A stretch of 42,106 nt of DNA from an uncultured Archaeoglobaceae archaeon (GCA_938048785.1 CALIUJ010000109.1:1-42106), one strand, 5' to 3'; positions 12,557 to 22,595 are shown, numbered from the stretch's first letter. A program made the numbers and translations. The notes: a model not told the origin generated them from the letters alone.

Positions 12557-12571
12557 CAACGACAATTTTTA

Positions 12572-12643
12572 CGCCCCCGCCGGGAATCGAACCCGGGTCT
12601 GAGGCTCCGAAGGCCTCAAGGATGTCCGCTACCCCACGGGGGC
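12572..12643 (-). tRNA. tRNA-Arg(UCG), intronless, CCA not encoded
   Basis: Acceptor GCCCCCG/CGGGGGC, anticodon arm GAGGC-CTTCGGA-GCCTC, T arm CCGGG-TTCGATT-CCCGG. Confidence 0.97.
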
Positions 12644-12805
12644 TTCGAGATCCTTCGTGTCGCAATTTATTAACCTTTGGTTATGCTGGGAACTTTAGAC
12701 TTCTTCCACGTAGAGCGAGATGATTTCTGTCGAAGTTTCACCCTTAGATCGATGATCGTTTAACACTTCAAAAGTTTTTTAAACGTTAGACCAACGTCTC
12801 TCTTT

Positions 12806-13744
12806 ATGGACGTGTTGAAAAAAGTCGAAGAACTCATAGCTTTGGAGAAATTCGATGAAGCGTTTCAGGCGGTTCTCTCAGAAGCTCCGGACGATCTGAA
12901 ACCCATGATAGAGAGATCTCTTACCCAACCAGAAGAGCTTAAAGAAATGGAGGGTTTTTGGAAAGACATTGCATTGCTCGTTCACTTTTCCAATTCTTCG
13001 AGCAAACTTTCGAGGGAGATAGACAACCAATCCCTTGTTTCTTGCGTTATCGCATCCATCAACGCTGTTAAATTGGCGAACAAACTTGGGATTAGATCGG
13101 TAACTCCAAAGATGATGCGAAACGCTGGGAGAGCCTTGGTCTTTATGAAAATGAGAGATCGTGCGGAAAGGATGCTGATCGAAGCCGAGAAGGTCTGTCT
13201 TGAGATTGGGAAGGAAGACGAACTCTTGGGTATCTACAACGACCTATCTGCTTTATACTTCGAGGGAGGAAATTATTCGGAGGCGAGAGAGAAGGTAGAA
13301 GCTGCGATAAAAATAGCCGAAAAAAGGGAAGATTATGAGGCGATAAACAGCTTTTCAATTGCTGCAGAAGTTTACTCAAAGCTCGGAGAATTCGAGAAAG
13401 CTGAACAGAATTACAAAAAAGCTGAAACCATGCTAAGGGGGCTCGTAGAAAAAGAGAGGTCGAGTAAGCTTGAGCTTGGAATTCTATTGAGCAACTATGC
13501 AAACTTCTGCAAGAGAATCGGCAAGTTCGATCTCGCTGAGAGAATGTTGCTCGAGTCTCTCGGAATTTTTGAAGAACTCGAAAAGTTGGACTTCTCCTTT
13601 GCCCAGTTTGTTGCAACGAATCTTCGGCATTTGGGTGATTTATACAGAGAAACAAAGAAATTCGATGAAGCGGAGAAGTTCTACTCTAAATCGAGAGAAA
13701 AGTTCAGAGAGATCCAGAGGAGGTGGGAAAGTTTTGGGAGCTGA
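12806..13744 (+). CDS. Tetratricopeptide repeat protein
   Basis: Repeated TPR-like helices (LGEFEKAEQNY, LGDLYRETKKFDEAEKFY). Confidence 0.82.
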   Translation: MDVLKKVEELIALEKFDEAFQAVLSEAPDDLKPMIERSLTQPEELKEMEGFWKDIALLVHFSNSSSKLSREIDNQSLVSCVIASINAVKLANKLGIRSVTPKMMRNAGRALVFMKMRDRAERMLIEAEKVCLEIGKEDELLGIYNDLSALYFEGGNYSEAREKVEAAIKIAEKREDYEAINSFSIAAEVYSKLGEFEKAEQNYKKAETMLRGLVEKERSSKLELGILLSNYANFCKRIGKFDLAERMLLESLGIFEELEKLDFSFAQFVATNLRHLGDLYRETKKFDEAEKFYSKSREKFREIQRRWESFGS

Positions 13745-13798
13745 GAAAAGAATTATATACTTTTTGTCTCCGTTATACATAATTAAAGCTGGGAGGGG

Positions 13799-14905
13799 AT
13801 GGGTTTGAAATCGATCATAGAAGAAGCCCTTCTTAGGGCGGAGAGGGAAAAGAAGGGGAGGTTGGAGGGAAAACCTGCAGAAAACGTCGAGGATGAGATA
13901 ATTCAGATGCTTCACGAGCTGAAAACAGTGATTAAGGTCATTGGCGTAGGTGGGGCGGGTTGCAACACTATCACAAGACTTTACGAGGAAGGAGTTGAGG
14001 GTGCGGAGCTAATAGCCATGAACACAGACGTTCAGCACCTTTACTACACAAAAGCTGGTAAAAGAGTTCTACTTGGAAAAAGAAGGACCCGAGGTCTTGG
14101 CGCTGGTAGTTTGCCACAGGTCGGTGAAGAGGCTGCGAGGGAGAGCGAGGAGGAGATCAAGAAGATCGTAGAGGGAAGCGACATGGTTTTCATAACCTGC
14201 GGTCTCGGTGGCGGAACTGGAACTGGTGCTGCGCCAATTGTTGCGGAAGCTGCACAAGAAGCGGGTGCTTTGACGATTGGCGTTGTAACATTTCCCTTCA
14301 CAGCAGAGGGCAGTGTGAGAAGATCGAATGCTGAAGCAGGACTTGAGAGGTTGAAGGAAGTTACGGATACCGTAATAGTGATTCCAAACGACAGATTGCT
14401 TGAGGTTGTGCCCAACTATCCTATAAATCTCGCATTCAAGGTTGCGGATGAGATTCTGATGAGATCGGTTAAGGGGATAACGGAGCTGATAACGAAACCG
14501 GGTCTCGTGAACTTAGACTTCGCAGACGTGAAGACGATCATGGAAAAGGGAGGAGTTGCGATGATTGGCTTGGGAGAAGCGAGCGGAGAAGATAAAGCCC
14601 TTGAGTCGATCAGAAAAGCTTTGAAGAGCCCACTGCTGGATGTAGACATCACTGGAGCAAAGTCTGCGCTCGTGAACGTTACCGGCGGACCAGATATGAC
14701 GGTCGAAGAAGCTGAGAGCATAGTGGAGGAAATATACACAAAGCTCGACGCTGATGCGAGGATAATCTGGGGTGCGATGGTAGATCCAGAGCTTGAAAAC
14801 ACGATAAGAACCCTTGTAATCATAACTGGGGTAAAAAGCCCACAAATATTTGGGAAAAAGGGCGCCCCCATAACCCAGAGGTTTGGTATAGACGTCGTCA
14901 AGTAA
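13799..14905 (+). CDS. ftsZ: Cell division protein FtsZ (FtsZ1 locus)
   Basis: [25 protein letters not shown]. Confidence 0.98.
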   Translation: MGLKSIIEEALLRAEREKKGRLEGKPAENVEDEIIQMLHELKTVIKVIGVGGAGCNTITRLYEEGVEGAELIAMNTDVQHLYYTKAGKRVLLGKRRTRGLGAGSLPQVGEEAARESEEEIKKIVEGSDMVFITCGLGGGTGTGAAPIVAEAAQEAGALTIGVVTFPFTAEGSVRRSNAEAGLERLKEVTDTVIVIPNDRLLEVVPNYPINLAFKVADEILMRSVKGITELITKPGLVNLDFADVKTIMEKGGVAMIGLGEASGEDKALESIRKALKSPLLDVDITGAKSALVNVTGGPDMTVEEAESIVEEIYTKLDADARIIWGAMVDPELENTIRTLVIITGVKSPQIFGKKGAPITQRFGIDVVK

Positions 14906-14935
14906 AGCTTAATAATCGCTCCTATAGCTGAGGAT

Positions 14936-15115
14936 ATGCTAAGATTAGAGGGAAGACTCAGAGAATACTACAACGTGCTGAAGATGGCAAAGAAGCCAAA
15001 CTGGGAAGAGTTCTCGATGACCGCAAAGGTAGCGTTGGCAGTTATCTTTGTGGTTGGATTTGTTGGCTTTCTGATATACCTCTTGATGGAAGTTTTGCCA
15101 GGTGCTCTTAGATGA
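14936..15115 (+). CDS. secE: Protein translocase subunit SecE/Sec61-gamma (59 aa; absent from the ORF track)
   Basis: Manual translation MLRLEGRLREYYNVLKMAKKPNWEEFSMTAK plus one TM helix; between ftsZ and spt5; ATGA overlap. Confidence 0.93.
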   Translation: MLRLEGRLREYYNVLKMAKKPNWEEFSMTAKVALAVIFVVGFVGFLIYLLMEVLPGALR

Positions 15116-15558
15116 GATACACCGCTATTAAAACAACCGCAAATCAGGAAAGAACGGTTGCAAACCTTGTTGAACTTGCTGTGAAGAAACAGGGGCTTAA
15201 GGTTTACTCGATCTTAGCCCCGAAGGAGCTGAAGGGTTACATAATCTTGGAATCGGAAAACTTCGACGATGCCATAAGGGCAATAAAAGGAGTTCCACAT
15301 GTGAAAGGAGTCGTGAAGAAGGAGGTGAGCTTTGCAGACATTCAGCACTACCTAACGCCGAAGAGAGCGGTTGAGCAGCTCAAAGAGGGTTATACGGTTG
15401 AGGTAACTGTCGGTCCCTTCAAGGGAGAGAGGGGGATTGTTAAGAGAGTTGACAGCACTAGGAATGAGATAACAATAGAACTCCTTGAAGCGGTTGTTCC
15501 GATTCCCGTAACTGTAAAAGCCGAAAACGTTAGAGTTGTTGACAAGAAGGAGGTGTAA
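15112..15558 (+). CDS. spt5: Transcription elongation factor Spt5/NusG
   Basis: [14 protein letters not shown] (NGN domain); KOW motif GPFKGE. Confidence 0.96.
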   Translation: MRYTAIKTTANQERTVANLVELAVKKQGLKVYSILAPKELKGYIILESENFDDAIRAIKGVPHVKGVVKKEVSFADIQHYLTPKRAVEQLKEGYTVEVTVGPFKGERGIVKRVDSTRNEITIELLEAVVPIPVTVKAENVRVVDKKEV

Positions 15559-15560
15559 AG

Positions 15561-16031
15561 ATGAAGGAGGTTGAGGTTCTCGTTACCGGAGGACAAGCAA
15601 CACCTGGACCACCTTTGGGGCCAGTCATAGGTCCTTTGGGGTTGAACGTGAAGCAAGTCGTGGACAAGATAAACGAGGCTACTAAGGAATACCTCGGATT
15701 GAACGTGCCAGTTAAAATAATAGTAAAGGAAGACAGGTCTTTCGAGATAAAGGTAGGGGTTCCACCAGTTTCTGCGCTGATCAAGAGAGAGTTAAAGCTT
15801 GAAAAAGGCTCTTCGAACCCAGGGAAGGATTTCGTGGGCAATATAAAGCTCGAGCAGTTGATAAAAATAGCGAAGCTAAAGAAGGAGAAATCGCTTTCGT
15901 ATTCGATCAAGGGAGTCGTGAAAGAAGCACTGGGTGTCTGCGTTTCCATGGGAATAAAGGTCGACGGTAAAAATCCAAAGGAAGTGCTCAAAGAGATCGA
16001 CGAAGGTAAAATAAAGATTCCAGAGGATTAG
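15561..16031 (+). CDS. rpl11: 50S ribosomal protein L11 (uL11)
   Basis: [28 protein letters not shown]. Confidence 0.97.
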   Translation: MKEVEVLVTGGQATPGPPLGPVIGPLGLNVKQVVDKINEATKEYLGLNVPVKIIVKEDRSFEIKVGVPPVSALIKRELKLEKGSSNPGKDFVGNIKLEQLIKIAKLKKEKSLSYSIKGVVKEALGVCVSMGIKVDGKNPKEVLKEIDEGKIKIPED

Positions 16032-16726
16032 CTTAGATCACCACAGGCACAAAAAAGCTCCCTTAATGATGAAAGCAGATCTTCAAATCCAGTTTTTTTG
16101 ACACTTGAAACCTTCAGCGTCCTGTATTTTATCGTGCTGTAGTCCAAGATTGGCGTGATTTTTTCCATCAACTCCGCTAAAACCCCAGTCTTGACTTTTA
16201 ACTCTTTTAAAATCTCCTCGGTTCTCAAATCGCACAAATCAGTTTTCGAAAAAACCGCAATTGTTGGAATCGAGAGTCTAAGAGCAACAACGACGTTCTG
16301 CAAGATCGCAGATACGAAGTTCTCGGGAGTCTTCACCATAGTGGAGTCCAACATGAAGACTCCCGCGGTGAACTTGTCTGAGATTCTTCGAACGAATTCT
16401 ATGCCACTCTCTGAGTATATGAACAGCTCCATTTGTCCGGGCGTGTCGTAGAGCACGAAGTCTGCGGATACTCTGAAATCCTCGACGAAGTCGAGCATGA
16501 GCTCTACAGACTTTAAAAGAGCCCCGTTTATGCCAAGCCCATATCTTTTCATAAGCTCCTCTGTTCTAACGAACTTCCTTATATCAAGATCCGCAGGGTA
16601 TATGGGATCACTCGCTGGATCGAGATTCACGAGTTTAACATCGTAATTGTTCTTTAGAAACTCTCCAAACTCCTTTACCAGCGTGCTCTTCCCACTTCCC
16701 GCGGTTCCTATCACGAAGACTCTCAT
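16028..16726 (-). CDS. GPN-loop GTPase family protein
   Basis: [33 protein letters not shown]. Confidence 0.9.
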   Translation of the reverse strand: MRVFVIGTAGSGKSTLVKEFGEFLKNNYDVKLVNLDPASDPIYPADLDIRKFVRTEELMKRYGLGINGALLKSVELMLDFVEDFRVSADFVLYDTPGQMELFIYSESGIEFVRRISDKFTAGVFMLDSTMVKTPENFVSAILQNVVVALRLSIPTIAVFSKTDLCDLRTEEILKELKVKTGVLAELMEKITPILDYSTIKYRTLKVSSVKKTGFEDLLSSLRELFCACGDLS

Positions 16727-17412
16727 CAGTATCTGCGTAGGAAAGCTAAGAATACGCCCACCAAGATTGCGATGAGCAAAATCGTTGAGAACTTGAAGAC
16801 GTCGGTGTAAAACGTTACGCTCTTGAGGTAACTCTCAACGTCTTTGATCTCGGATTTGAGATTCAAGTTCTCTGTTCTTAGCTCCTCTACGCTTCTCTGC
16901 AACTCGAAAAGTTTAGAACTCATATTGCTAAGATTTTTGGAGTAATTTGCGAGCTCAACTCTTGCATCCTCGAGCTCCTTTTTCAACCTAAGGTTCTCAT
17001 CTGCGTAAACCTTTATCTTGTCGTACAGGTCTACGTTTATGCTGTTTATAATTTCGACGAGTGATTTAAGATAGTCGACCCTTGAGCTGAGAGCATTGTT
17101 CTCTCTTCTAAGCTTAATAATCTCTTTCTGCAGTTCGGTCACTTCTTTGTTGAAGTTCTCGACCCTCTTCACATCTACTGTAATTCTTTCTTCACCCAAA
17201 GGGCTCATCAAGGTTATCGTCTTCATACCTTCGCAACCGTAGCCCACGATAACCGTGTATTTGCCCGGCGTGAGGTTTTCAGCGTTGCTTAGACTGTGCT
17301 CAAAGAACATGCACTCGTCTAAGATGACCACAGATTGCTCAGAAATGGTCAGATTAAAAGAACCTCCTTGAAAAACCGTGATTGCACTGAGGAGAAAGAG
17401 TAGTAGGATCAC
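16726..17412 (-). CDS. Hypothetical exported coiled-coil protein with C-terminal membrane anchor
   Basis: Signal-like N-terminus, heptad-rich centre, C-terminal TM helix followed by RRY. Confidence 0.75.
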   Translation of the reverse strand: MILLLFLLSAITVFQGGSFNLTISEQSVVILDECMFFEHSLSNAENLTPGKYTVIVGYGCEGMKTITLMSPLGEERITVDVKRVENFNKEVTELQKEIIKLRRENNALSSRVDYLKSLVEIINSINVDLYDKIKVYADENLRLKKELEDARVELANYSKNLSNMSSKLFELQRSVEELRTENLNLKSEIKDVESYLKSVTFYTDVFKFSTILLIAILVGVFLAFLRRY

Positions 17413-17822
17413 TTCGCAACACCCCTCAAGCTTCTATTAACGATTTCCCATATCTCAGAAAGATCTTTAACCGATGCTATCTTACCACGGATGTATAAGA
17501 ACGTTCTTCCTTGTTTTAAAGCATATCTACAGTCGTTCTCTCGAAAGATGGCGATCTCTTCTGCGTTCGTTTGTTCAAGCAACTTTTTCATCTCCATAGC
17601 TTCGACCTCTTCTACCCCATGCAGTTTCTTTCTCTCTCCATCGAAAATTGCGCTGTTGACGAGAAACTTGCTCTTGAGGTATTCTGGAATCTCTTCAAAC
17701 TTTAAAACCACTTTTTTACCATTATTTCCGAGTCCAAGCTTTCTTAAAAGCTTTTCTCCGATAAAAAATCCAAACAAGATCCCAAACGTTGAGATCAGGA
17801 CCTCCCAGAAGATACGCATCAC
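17409..17822 (-). CDS. Hypothetical protein with N-terminal TM helix
   Basis: ORF overlapping the next gene by 4 nt; hydrophobic N-terminus. Confidence 0.68.
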   Translation of the reverse strand: MMRIFWEVLISTFGILFGFFIGEKLLRKLGLGNNGKKVVLKFEEIPEYLKSKFLVNSAIFDGERKKLHGVEEVEAMEMKKLLEQTNAEEIAIFRENDCRYALKQGRTFLYIRGKIASVKDLSEIWEIVNRSLRGVAK

Positions 17823-17891
17823 CTACACTTTGTAAGCACGTAAATTTTTATATTTTGCCCCTCGGAAACGCTGAGAATAAGTTTAAAATAC

Positions 17892-17908
17892 AAACACAGA
17901 ATGTGTTT
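17892..17908. promoter_or_regulatory. Operator-like inverted repeat AAACACA-GAA-TGTGTTT
   Basis: Lies between TATA TTTAAAA (17882-17888) and the ATG at 17909. Confidence 0.55.
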
Positions 17909-18124
17909 ATGCTCGTGAAGCTTTCGCTCCATGGATTGAGATGCAAGGCTTGTATCAGTGCGGTTAGATCTGTGTTGGAAGAGAACGACGCAATAGTTAT
18001 AGGTGTAACCCTAAAGTCCGCGGAGTTCGAAGTTCCAGATGGAGACACGGGAAAGATAGAAAAAATAGTTAGGGAGATTGAGGAACTCGGTTACGATGCA
18101 AAGATAGTCGAAATTCAGCGTTGA
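17909..18124 (+). CDS. Heavy-metal-associated (CopZ-like) chaperone; start ATG 17909
   Basis: GLRCKAC (GMxCxxC variant) and C-terminal ELGY. Confidence 0.85.
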   Translation: MLVKLSLHGLRCKACISAVRSVLEENDAIVIGVTLKSAEFEVPDGDTGKIEKIVREIEELGYDAKIVEIQR

Positions 18125-18666
18125 ATCAAGCGATCGAAGAACGGATTCTTCCCTTCAGAGGCGATTGGGATAGCGAACATCACATCGCTTTTCATAATTC
18201 CAAGAGCTTTTACTGCGATCGCAACCCTATACATTATCCTTGTATCAACTCCAAGAATTGCCGACATCTTTACAGCGCTTCCCAAGGCTATTCCAAGATC
18301 TATTATCTTGAAAACACAATTTGGACCGCTGAACTTTCTTTCTTTCTTCTCCGCTTTTTCGAACTCCGCACAACTTTTGAAACCACAGGCTCCGCAGTTG
18401 ACACCAATAGATCTTTCGCCCCTTATTCCAAGGACTAAGATGCCCTTCGCCTTCCTCAAGCTGTTCGCATCCCTTATGAAGTCCTTGTCTTCGTTCGCAA
18501 ACTCCTCCATTTTTCTTGCGATCTCCTCTATCCTTTCCTTGGGGATGTAGACTATTTCGAGGTCGTCGATTCCCTTTGACTTCGGTGCAGTTCTTGCGCT
18601 TTCCGCCATCAGAAATGCGCAAATCTTAACGGCTTCGTCCGCAAAATCTCTCTCGTTAAGCACCAT
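18115..18666 (-). CDS. DUF2148-type Fe-S (ferredoxin-domain) protein
   Basis: ARTAPK, NCGACGFKSC, GPNC, DLGIALGSA, KNPFFDR. Confidence 0.82.
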   Translation of the reverse strand: MVLNERDFADEAVKICAFLMAESARTAPKSKGIDDLEIVYIPKERIEEIARKMEEFANEDKDFIRDANSLRKAKGILVLGIRGERSIGVNCGACGFKSCAEFEKAEKKERKFSGPNCVFKIIDLGIALGSAVKMSAILGVDTRIMYRVAIAVKALGIMKSDVMFAIPIASEGKNPFFDRLIQR

Positions 18667-18690
18667 GAAAAAAGTTTGCGGAATATTAAC

Positions 18691-19431
18691 CTAATTCTCT
18701 GATCTTACTTTCGCAATCGTGCGCATTATATCGACTACGTTGCCTACCACTATTACCGCGGGTGGAGAGACGTTCATACTTCTAACCTTCTCCACTATAT
18801 CCCTCAGCGTTCCATCGACAACTCTTTGATCCTTCGAAAATCCCCTTTCGATCACCGCAACTGGTGTTTCTGGATCTTTTCCATTCTCTATGAGATTTTT
18901 GCAGATCTTTTCTATGTTCGAAAGCCCCATGAGCACGACGATCGTCGCATTCAACTTTGCGAGTGCGGACCAGTTCAGCCTTCCCTTTGCTTCGTGTCCC
19001 GTGATGAAAACAACCGCTGGATCGCAGTTGCGATGCGTAATCGGAATCCCCGCTGCACCGGGGACTGCGATTGCAGAAGTTACCCCGGGAACGTATTCAA
19101 ACTCGATACCCTCTTTTGCAAGGAACTCGATCTCCTCGCCACCTCTACCGAAAACAAACGGATCTCCGCCTTTTAGGCGAACTACCTTCTTCCCAGCTTT
19201 TGCGAGATCTGCGAGCATTCTGTTTATCTCTTCTTGTTCGAACTTGTGAAAACCTTTTCTCTTTCCAACACTTATAAGCTCCGCTTTTGTTTCGTTGAGG
19301 ACTTCAACGACTTCTCCAATCAGATCATCGTATAAGATCACGTCCGCCTCTTTTATCACGTTCAAAGCCCTTATCGTGAGCAAATCCTTCTTTCCGGGAC
19401 CAGCTCCTACGATGAAAACCTTACCTCTCAT
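18691..19431 (-). CDS. cobA: Uroporphyrinogen-III C-methyltransferase
   Basis: VGAGPG, VRLKGGDPFVFGRGGEE, PGVTSA. Confidence 0.95.
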   Translation of the reverse strand: MRGKVFIVGAGPGKKDLLTIRALNVIKEADVILYDDLIGEVVEVLNETKAELISVGKRKGFHKFEQEEINRMLADLAKAGKKVVRLKGGDPFVFGRGGEEIEFLAKEGIEFEYVPGVTSAIAVPGAAGIPITHRNCDPAVVFITGHEAKGRLNWSALAKLNATIVVLMGLSNIEKICKNLIENGKDPETPVAVIERGFSKDQRVVDGTLRDIVEKVRSMNVSPPAVIVVGNVVDIMRTIAKVRSEN

Positions 19432-20275
19432 TTTTTAATCTCCTCGCGATCTCCTTTGCCTCTTCGATCGAGTGCTTCGAAATCTTCTCCTCCACCTTGA
19501 TGTATTTTTCTGCGAGAACTTCGCATATAACCTTAACTTTTTCTCCGCACACCTTTGCATAAACTCCGAAGGGCACAGCGCAACCGAAGCCAAGTTCTCT
19601 TGCGATCAATCTTTCCACTTGAGACTCTATCCAAGTTTCTTCATCGTTTAAAAACGAAACAAGGTCTTCTTCCCCAACTCTTGTCGCGACCGCGATGATC
19701 CCTTGGTTCGGCGGTGGCACTATGACTTCGGGTGGGAAACTCTGGTAATCTATTTCCAAACCCAACCTCTTGATTCCAGCTTCTGCAACTATTATCGCAT
19801 CGTAAAGACCATTTTTGAGCTTTCTAATCCTTGTATCGAGGTTTCCACGCAAATTCTCAAACCTAATATCGCCTCTAAGCCTTGAGAACTGCGCTCTTCT
19901 CCTTAAACTCGAAGTTCCGACTAATGCGTTGCTCTTGAGCTCTTCGAACTTCTTGCAATCTCTAAAGATCATGGCATCGCAGGGGCTGTCTCTTTTTAGC
20001 ACCGCAGAGATCTTCGTTCCTTCGACGCGTTGGGTCGGGACATCTTTGTAGCTGTGCACCGCTACATCTATTTCTCCGCTTGCAAGCGCTAAGTCGATCT
20101 CCCTAACAAACGCTCCAACTCCTTTGAACTCGTGGAGCGGTTTATCCTTCATTATGTCTCCTTTTGTCTTTATTATCCTTAGCTCTACCTCGTATCCTTT
20201 TTTTTCGAGCTTTTCAACGACAAGCTTTGCCTGGGCAAGTGCTAACTTGCTACCTCTCGTTCCTACTCTTATCAT
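19421..20275 (-). CDS. hemC: Hydroxymethylbilane synthase (porphobilinogen deaminase)
   Basis: GTRGSKLALAQ, AVHSYKD, GTSSLRR, RGNLDTR, GCAVP. Confidence 0.96.
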   Translation of the reverse strand: MIRVGTRGSKLALAQAKLVVEKLEKKGYEVELRIIKTKGDIMKDKPLHEFKGVGAFVREIDLALASGEIDVAVHSYKDVPTQRVEGTKISAVLKRDSPCDAMIFRDCKKFEELKSNALVGTSSLRRRAQFSRLRGDIRFENLRGNLDTRIRKLKNGLYDAIIVAEAGIKRLGLEIDYQSFPPEVIVPPPNQGIIAVATRVGEEDLVSFLNDEETWIESQVERLIARELGFGCAVPFGVYAKVCGEKVKVICEVLAEKYIKVEEKISKHSIEEAKEIARRLKNER

Positions 20276-21512
20276 ACGCATCGATTATCGCATCAATCGT
20301 TTTCGCAACGTCTTCTTTGCTGTGCGCATGACTCATGAAACAAACTTCGAACTGCGAAGGTGGGAAGTAAATGCCTTTTTCGAGCAATCTCCAGAAAAAG
20401 CGCATAAAAGCGTCTTTGTTCAACCTCAATGCCTCTGAGTAATTTCGCGGAATTTCTCCAAAGTATACGCAAAACATCGAAGAAATTTGTGCACTCTCAA
20501 CACCTTGATCCTTTAGCGCCTTAAATAATTCCTCCGCCTTTTTTGAAGTCTTTTCTACGACCTTTTCCCTTTCTAAGATCTTGACAGTTGCGTAGCCAGC
20601 GAGCAAGCTAATTGGATTTCCGCTAAAGGTCCCAGCTTGATAAACGTTTCCAGAAGGGGCTACAAGTTCCATTATCTCTCTTCTACCGCCGTATATTCCG
20701 ATTGGAAATCCACCACCTGCAATCTTACCCAGCGTCGTTATATCCGCCTTTACTCCATAGAATTCCTGGGCTCCGCCCATTGCCAATCGAAAACCTGTGA
20801 TTATTTCATCGAAGATCAAAAGCACGTCGTTCTCGTTCGTTATCTTTCTAACTTCTTTCAAGTAATCCTCTTTTGGGGTTATCAGCGAGGCGTTTGCCAT
20901 CACGGGTTCCATTATTACCGCTGAAACGTCTTTGTTCTTTTCAAGAACTTCTGAAAGTGTTTCGGTATCGTTGTATGGAACCTGCAACGTGTTTTTAACG
21001 AAATCCGTTGGAACACCAGCGGAGTTTGGTATCCCAAAAGTCGTTGCACCGCTTCCAGCCTTTACGAGCACCGCTTCATGTGACCCGTGAAAGCTACCTT
21101 CGATCTTTACGATCTTTTCTTTTCCCGTAAAACCTCTTGCAACTCTTAGCGCAGACATCGTTGCTTCGCTTCCAGTGTTTACAAATCTGAGCATCTCCAT
21201 AGATGGAAAGTGTTTTCTTATCAACTTTGCATACTCAACTTCGAGCTCGATCGGAGTTCCGTAGATCCAACCTTCTTCTATCTTCTTTTTGATCTCTTCT
21301 TTGACCTCTTCATTTGCATGTCCAAGAATGAGTGCTCCAAAAGCCATGCAGTAATCGATGAACTCGTTGCCATCTACGTCGTAAATCCTTGAGCCTTTTG
21401 CCTTCGCAACGTAAATTGGATGTGGTTTAAAAGCTCTCACTGGACTGCTAACACCGCCTGGCATCAGATCGATTGCTTCGCGGTAGAGTTGCCTTGACTT
21501 CTCGGATTTCAT
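20250..21512 (-). CDS. hemL: Glutamate-1-semialdehyde 2,1-aminomutase
   Basis: MPGGVSSPVRAF, FDEIITGFR, LGKIAGGG, YQAGTFSGNP. Confidence 0.97.
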   Translation of the reverse strand: MKSEKSRQLYREAIDLMPGGVSSPVRAFKPHPIYVAKAKGSRIYDVDGNEFIDYCMAFGALILGHANEEVKEEIKKKIEEGWIYGTPIELEVEYAKLIRKHFPSMEMLRFVNTGSEATMSALRVARGFTGKEKIVKIEGSFHGSHEAVLVKAGSGATTFGIPNSAGVPTDFVKNTLQVPYNDTETLSEVLEKNKDVSAVIMEPVMANASLITPKEDYLKEVRKITNENDVLLIFDEIITGFRLAMGGAQEFYGVKADITTLGKIAGGGFPIGIYGGRREIMELVAPSGNVYQAGTFSGNPISLLAGYATVKILEREKVVEKTSKKAEELFKALKDQGVESAQISSMFCVYFGEIPRNYSEALRLNKDAFMRFFWRLLEKGIYFPPSQFEVCFMSHAHSKEDVAKTIDAIIDAYDKSRNER

Positions 21513-21593
21513 AAAGCTCGTGGAGTTTCGATTTTAAATTCTTTGCTAAGAATTGGACAAAAAGCTTATCATTTAGTTTGAGACTTTTGCCTG

Positions 21594-22556
21594 ATGGTAG
21601 AGGAGGAGATACTCGAGATACTCAGCGAGTTTGGACCGCTTAGTTCTCAAGAAATCGAGAAAGAGTTGCAGGGTCGAGGCTTCGAAATAAAATCGAGAAC
21701 GGTGAGATATCATCTGAAAAAGTTGGAGATAAATGGTTTTGTGAGTAAAAACGACCAAGGGAGATCGCAAATAACTGCAAAAGGCATCGAACTTCTTCGG
21801 GGACTAAAGACATTTGAGAGGCTCGGAGAGTTCACGGAGAGAATTGAGCTCAACGTATACTCGTGCGACTTCGACATCCTTAGGATGAAGGGCAAGGTTC
21901 CAACAAATGTTGCTTATATAAAAAAAGATAATTTTGAGAAGTGCATTCGAATCCTTGAAGAGATGGAGAATTTTCCGTTCTTGATCCACCGAGGAGTTTT
22001 CATTGCAGAAGAAGGCGAGGATTTGAATGGGAAAATTGTTCCTCAAGGATCCTTTGCGATTGTTACGATTTCAAACACGATATACGATGTTTTGCTAAGA
22101 TCTGCAGGTGTCAACACTTACCCCGAGTTTTCAGCCTTGGTTGGTGTCGAAAAAATGGTTCCAAAGAGAATTTTGGAATTGATAAGCTACGCAGGAACAA
22201 CTATGAGCCCAGGATGGCTCCTCCTTCGCTCGAGATTGACATCGGTCAGCTCAATTCTAAAAACTGGGGACGGTGTCATAATCTCTGCGGTTAGGAGCTT
22301 TAGCAGATACGCCATAGACATAGTTGTTCGAAACGTTGAACTTGCGAGCTCCAAGGGTTTTGGTGGTGTCCTTGCGATTCTCCACCCATCCGACAAACGC
22401 TTTAGCCTTCCAACTGGTAAAAGGGCGAGATTATTCGTTAGCGCTGGGCTAAATCACTTGGCACCAATCCACGAGATGGGTGTTGAGATGGACGTGAGGG
22501 TGAACGAAATTCCCCTCGAGTTCTCAAAGTTCAAGCCTATTAGCAATATTAAATAA
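21594..22556 (+). CDS. NrpR-family (DUF128) transcriptional regulator: winged HTH + single NRD domain
   Basis: RTVRYHLKKLE...ITAKG HTH; GKVPTN, ELISYAGTTMSP, AGLNHLA. Confidence 0.82.
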   Translation: MVEEEILEILSEFGPLSSQEIEKELQGRGFEIKSRTVRYHLKKLEINGFVSKNDQGRSQITAKGIELLRGLKTFERLGEFTERIELNVYSCDFDILRMKGKVPTNVAYIKKDNFEKCIRILEEMENFPFLIHRGVFIAEEGEDLNGKIVPQGSFAIVTISNTIYDVLLRSAGVNTYPEFSALVGVEKMVPKRILELISYAGTTMSPGWLLLRSRLTSVSSILKTGDGVIISAVRSFSRYAIDIVVRNVELASSKGFGGVLAILHPSDKRFSLPTGKRARLFVSAGLNHLAPIHEMGVEMDVRVNEIPLEFSKFKPISNIK

Positions 22557-22565
22557 TTAATCTAT

Positions 22566-22595
22566 TTGGCAATGCACTTCCAAAAAGCTTAAATA
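22566..22595 (+). promoter_or_regulatory. Operator-like motif TTGGCAATGCACTTCCAA plus BRE/TATA of the TRAP genes
   Basis: Imperfect palindrome 4 nt upstream of CTTAAATA; related copy at 26083-26100. Confidence 0.55.

Noticed and set aside
12700..12770. Possible C/D-box sRNA (two GATGAT motifs)
   Set aside because: No properly placed CTGA D boxes.
13787..14930. Weak complementarity between ftsZ flanks (GCTGGGAG and CTCCTATAGC)
   Set aside because: Short and interrupted; consistent with chance.
15561..16031. rpl11 not followed by rpl1-rpl10-rpl12
   Set aside because: I recall the same split in Archaeoglobus fulgidus, so it is a lineage trait rather than a novelty.
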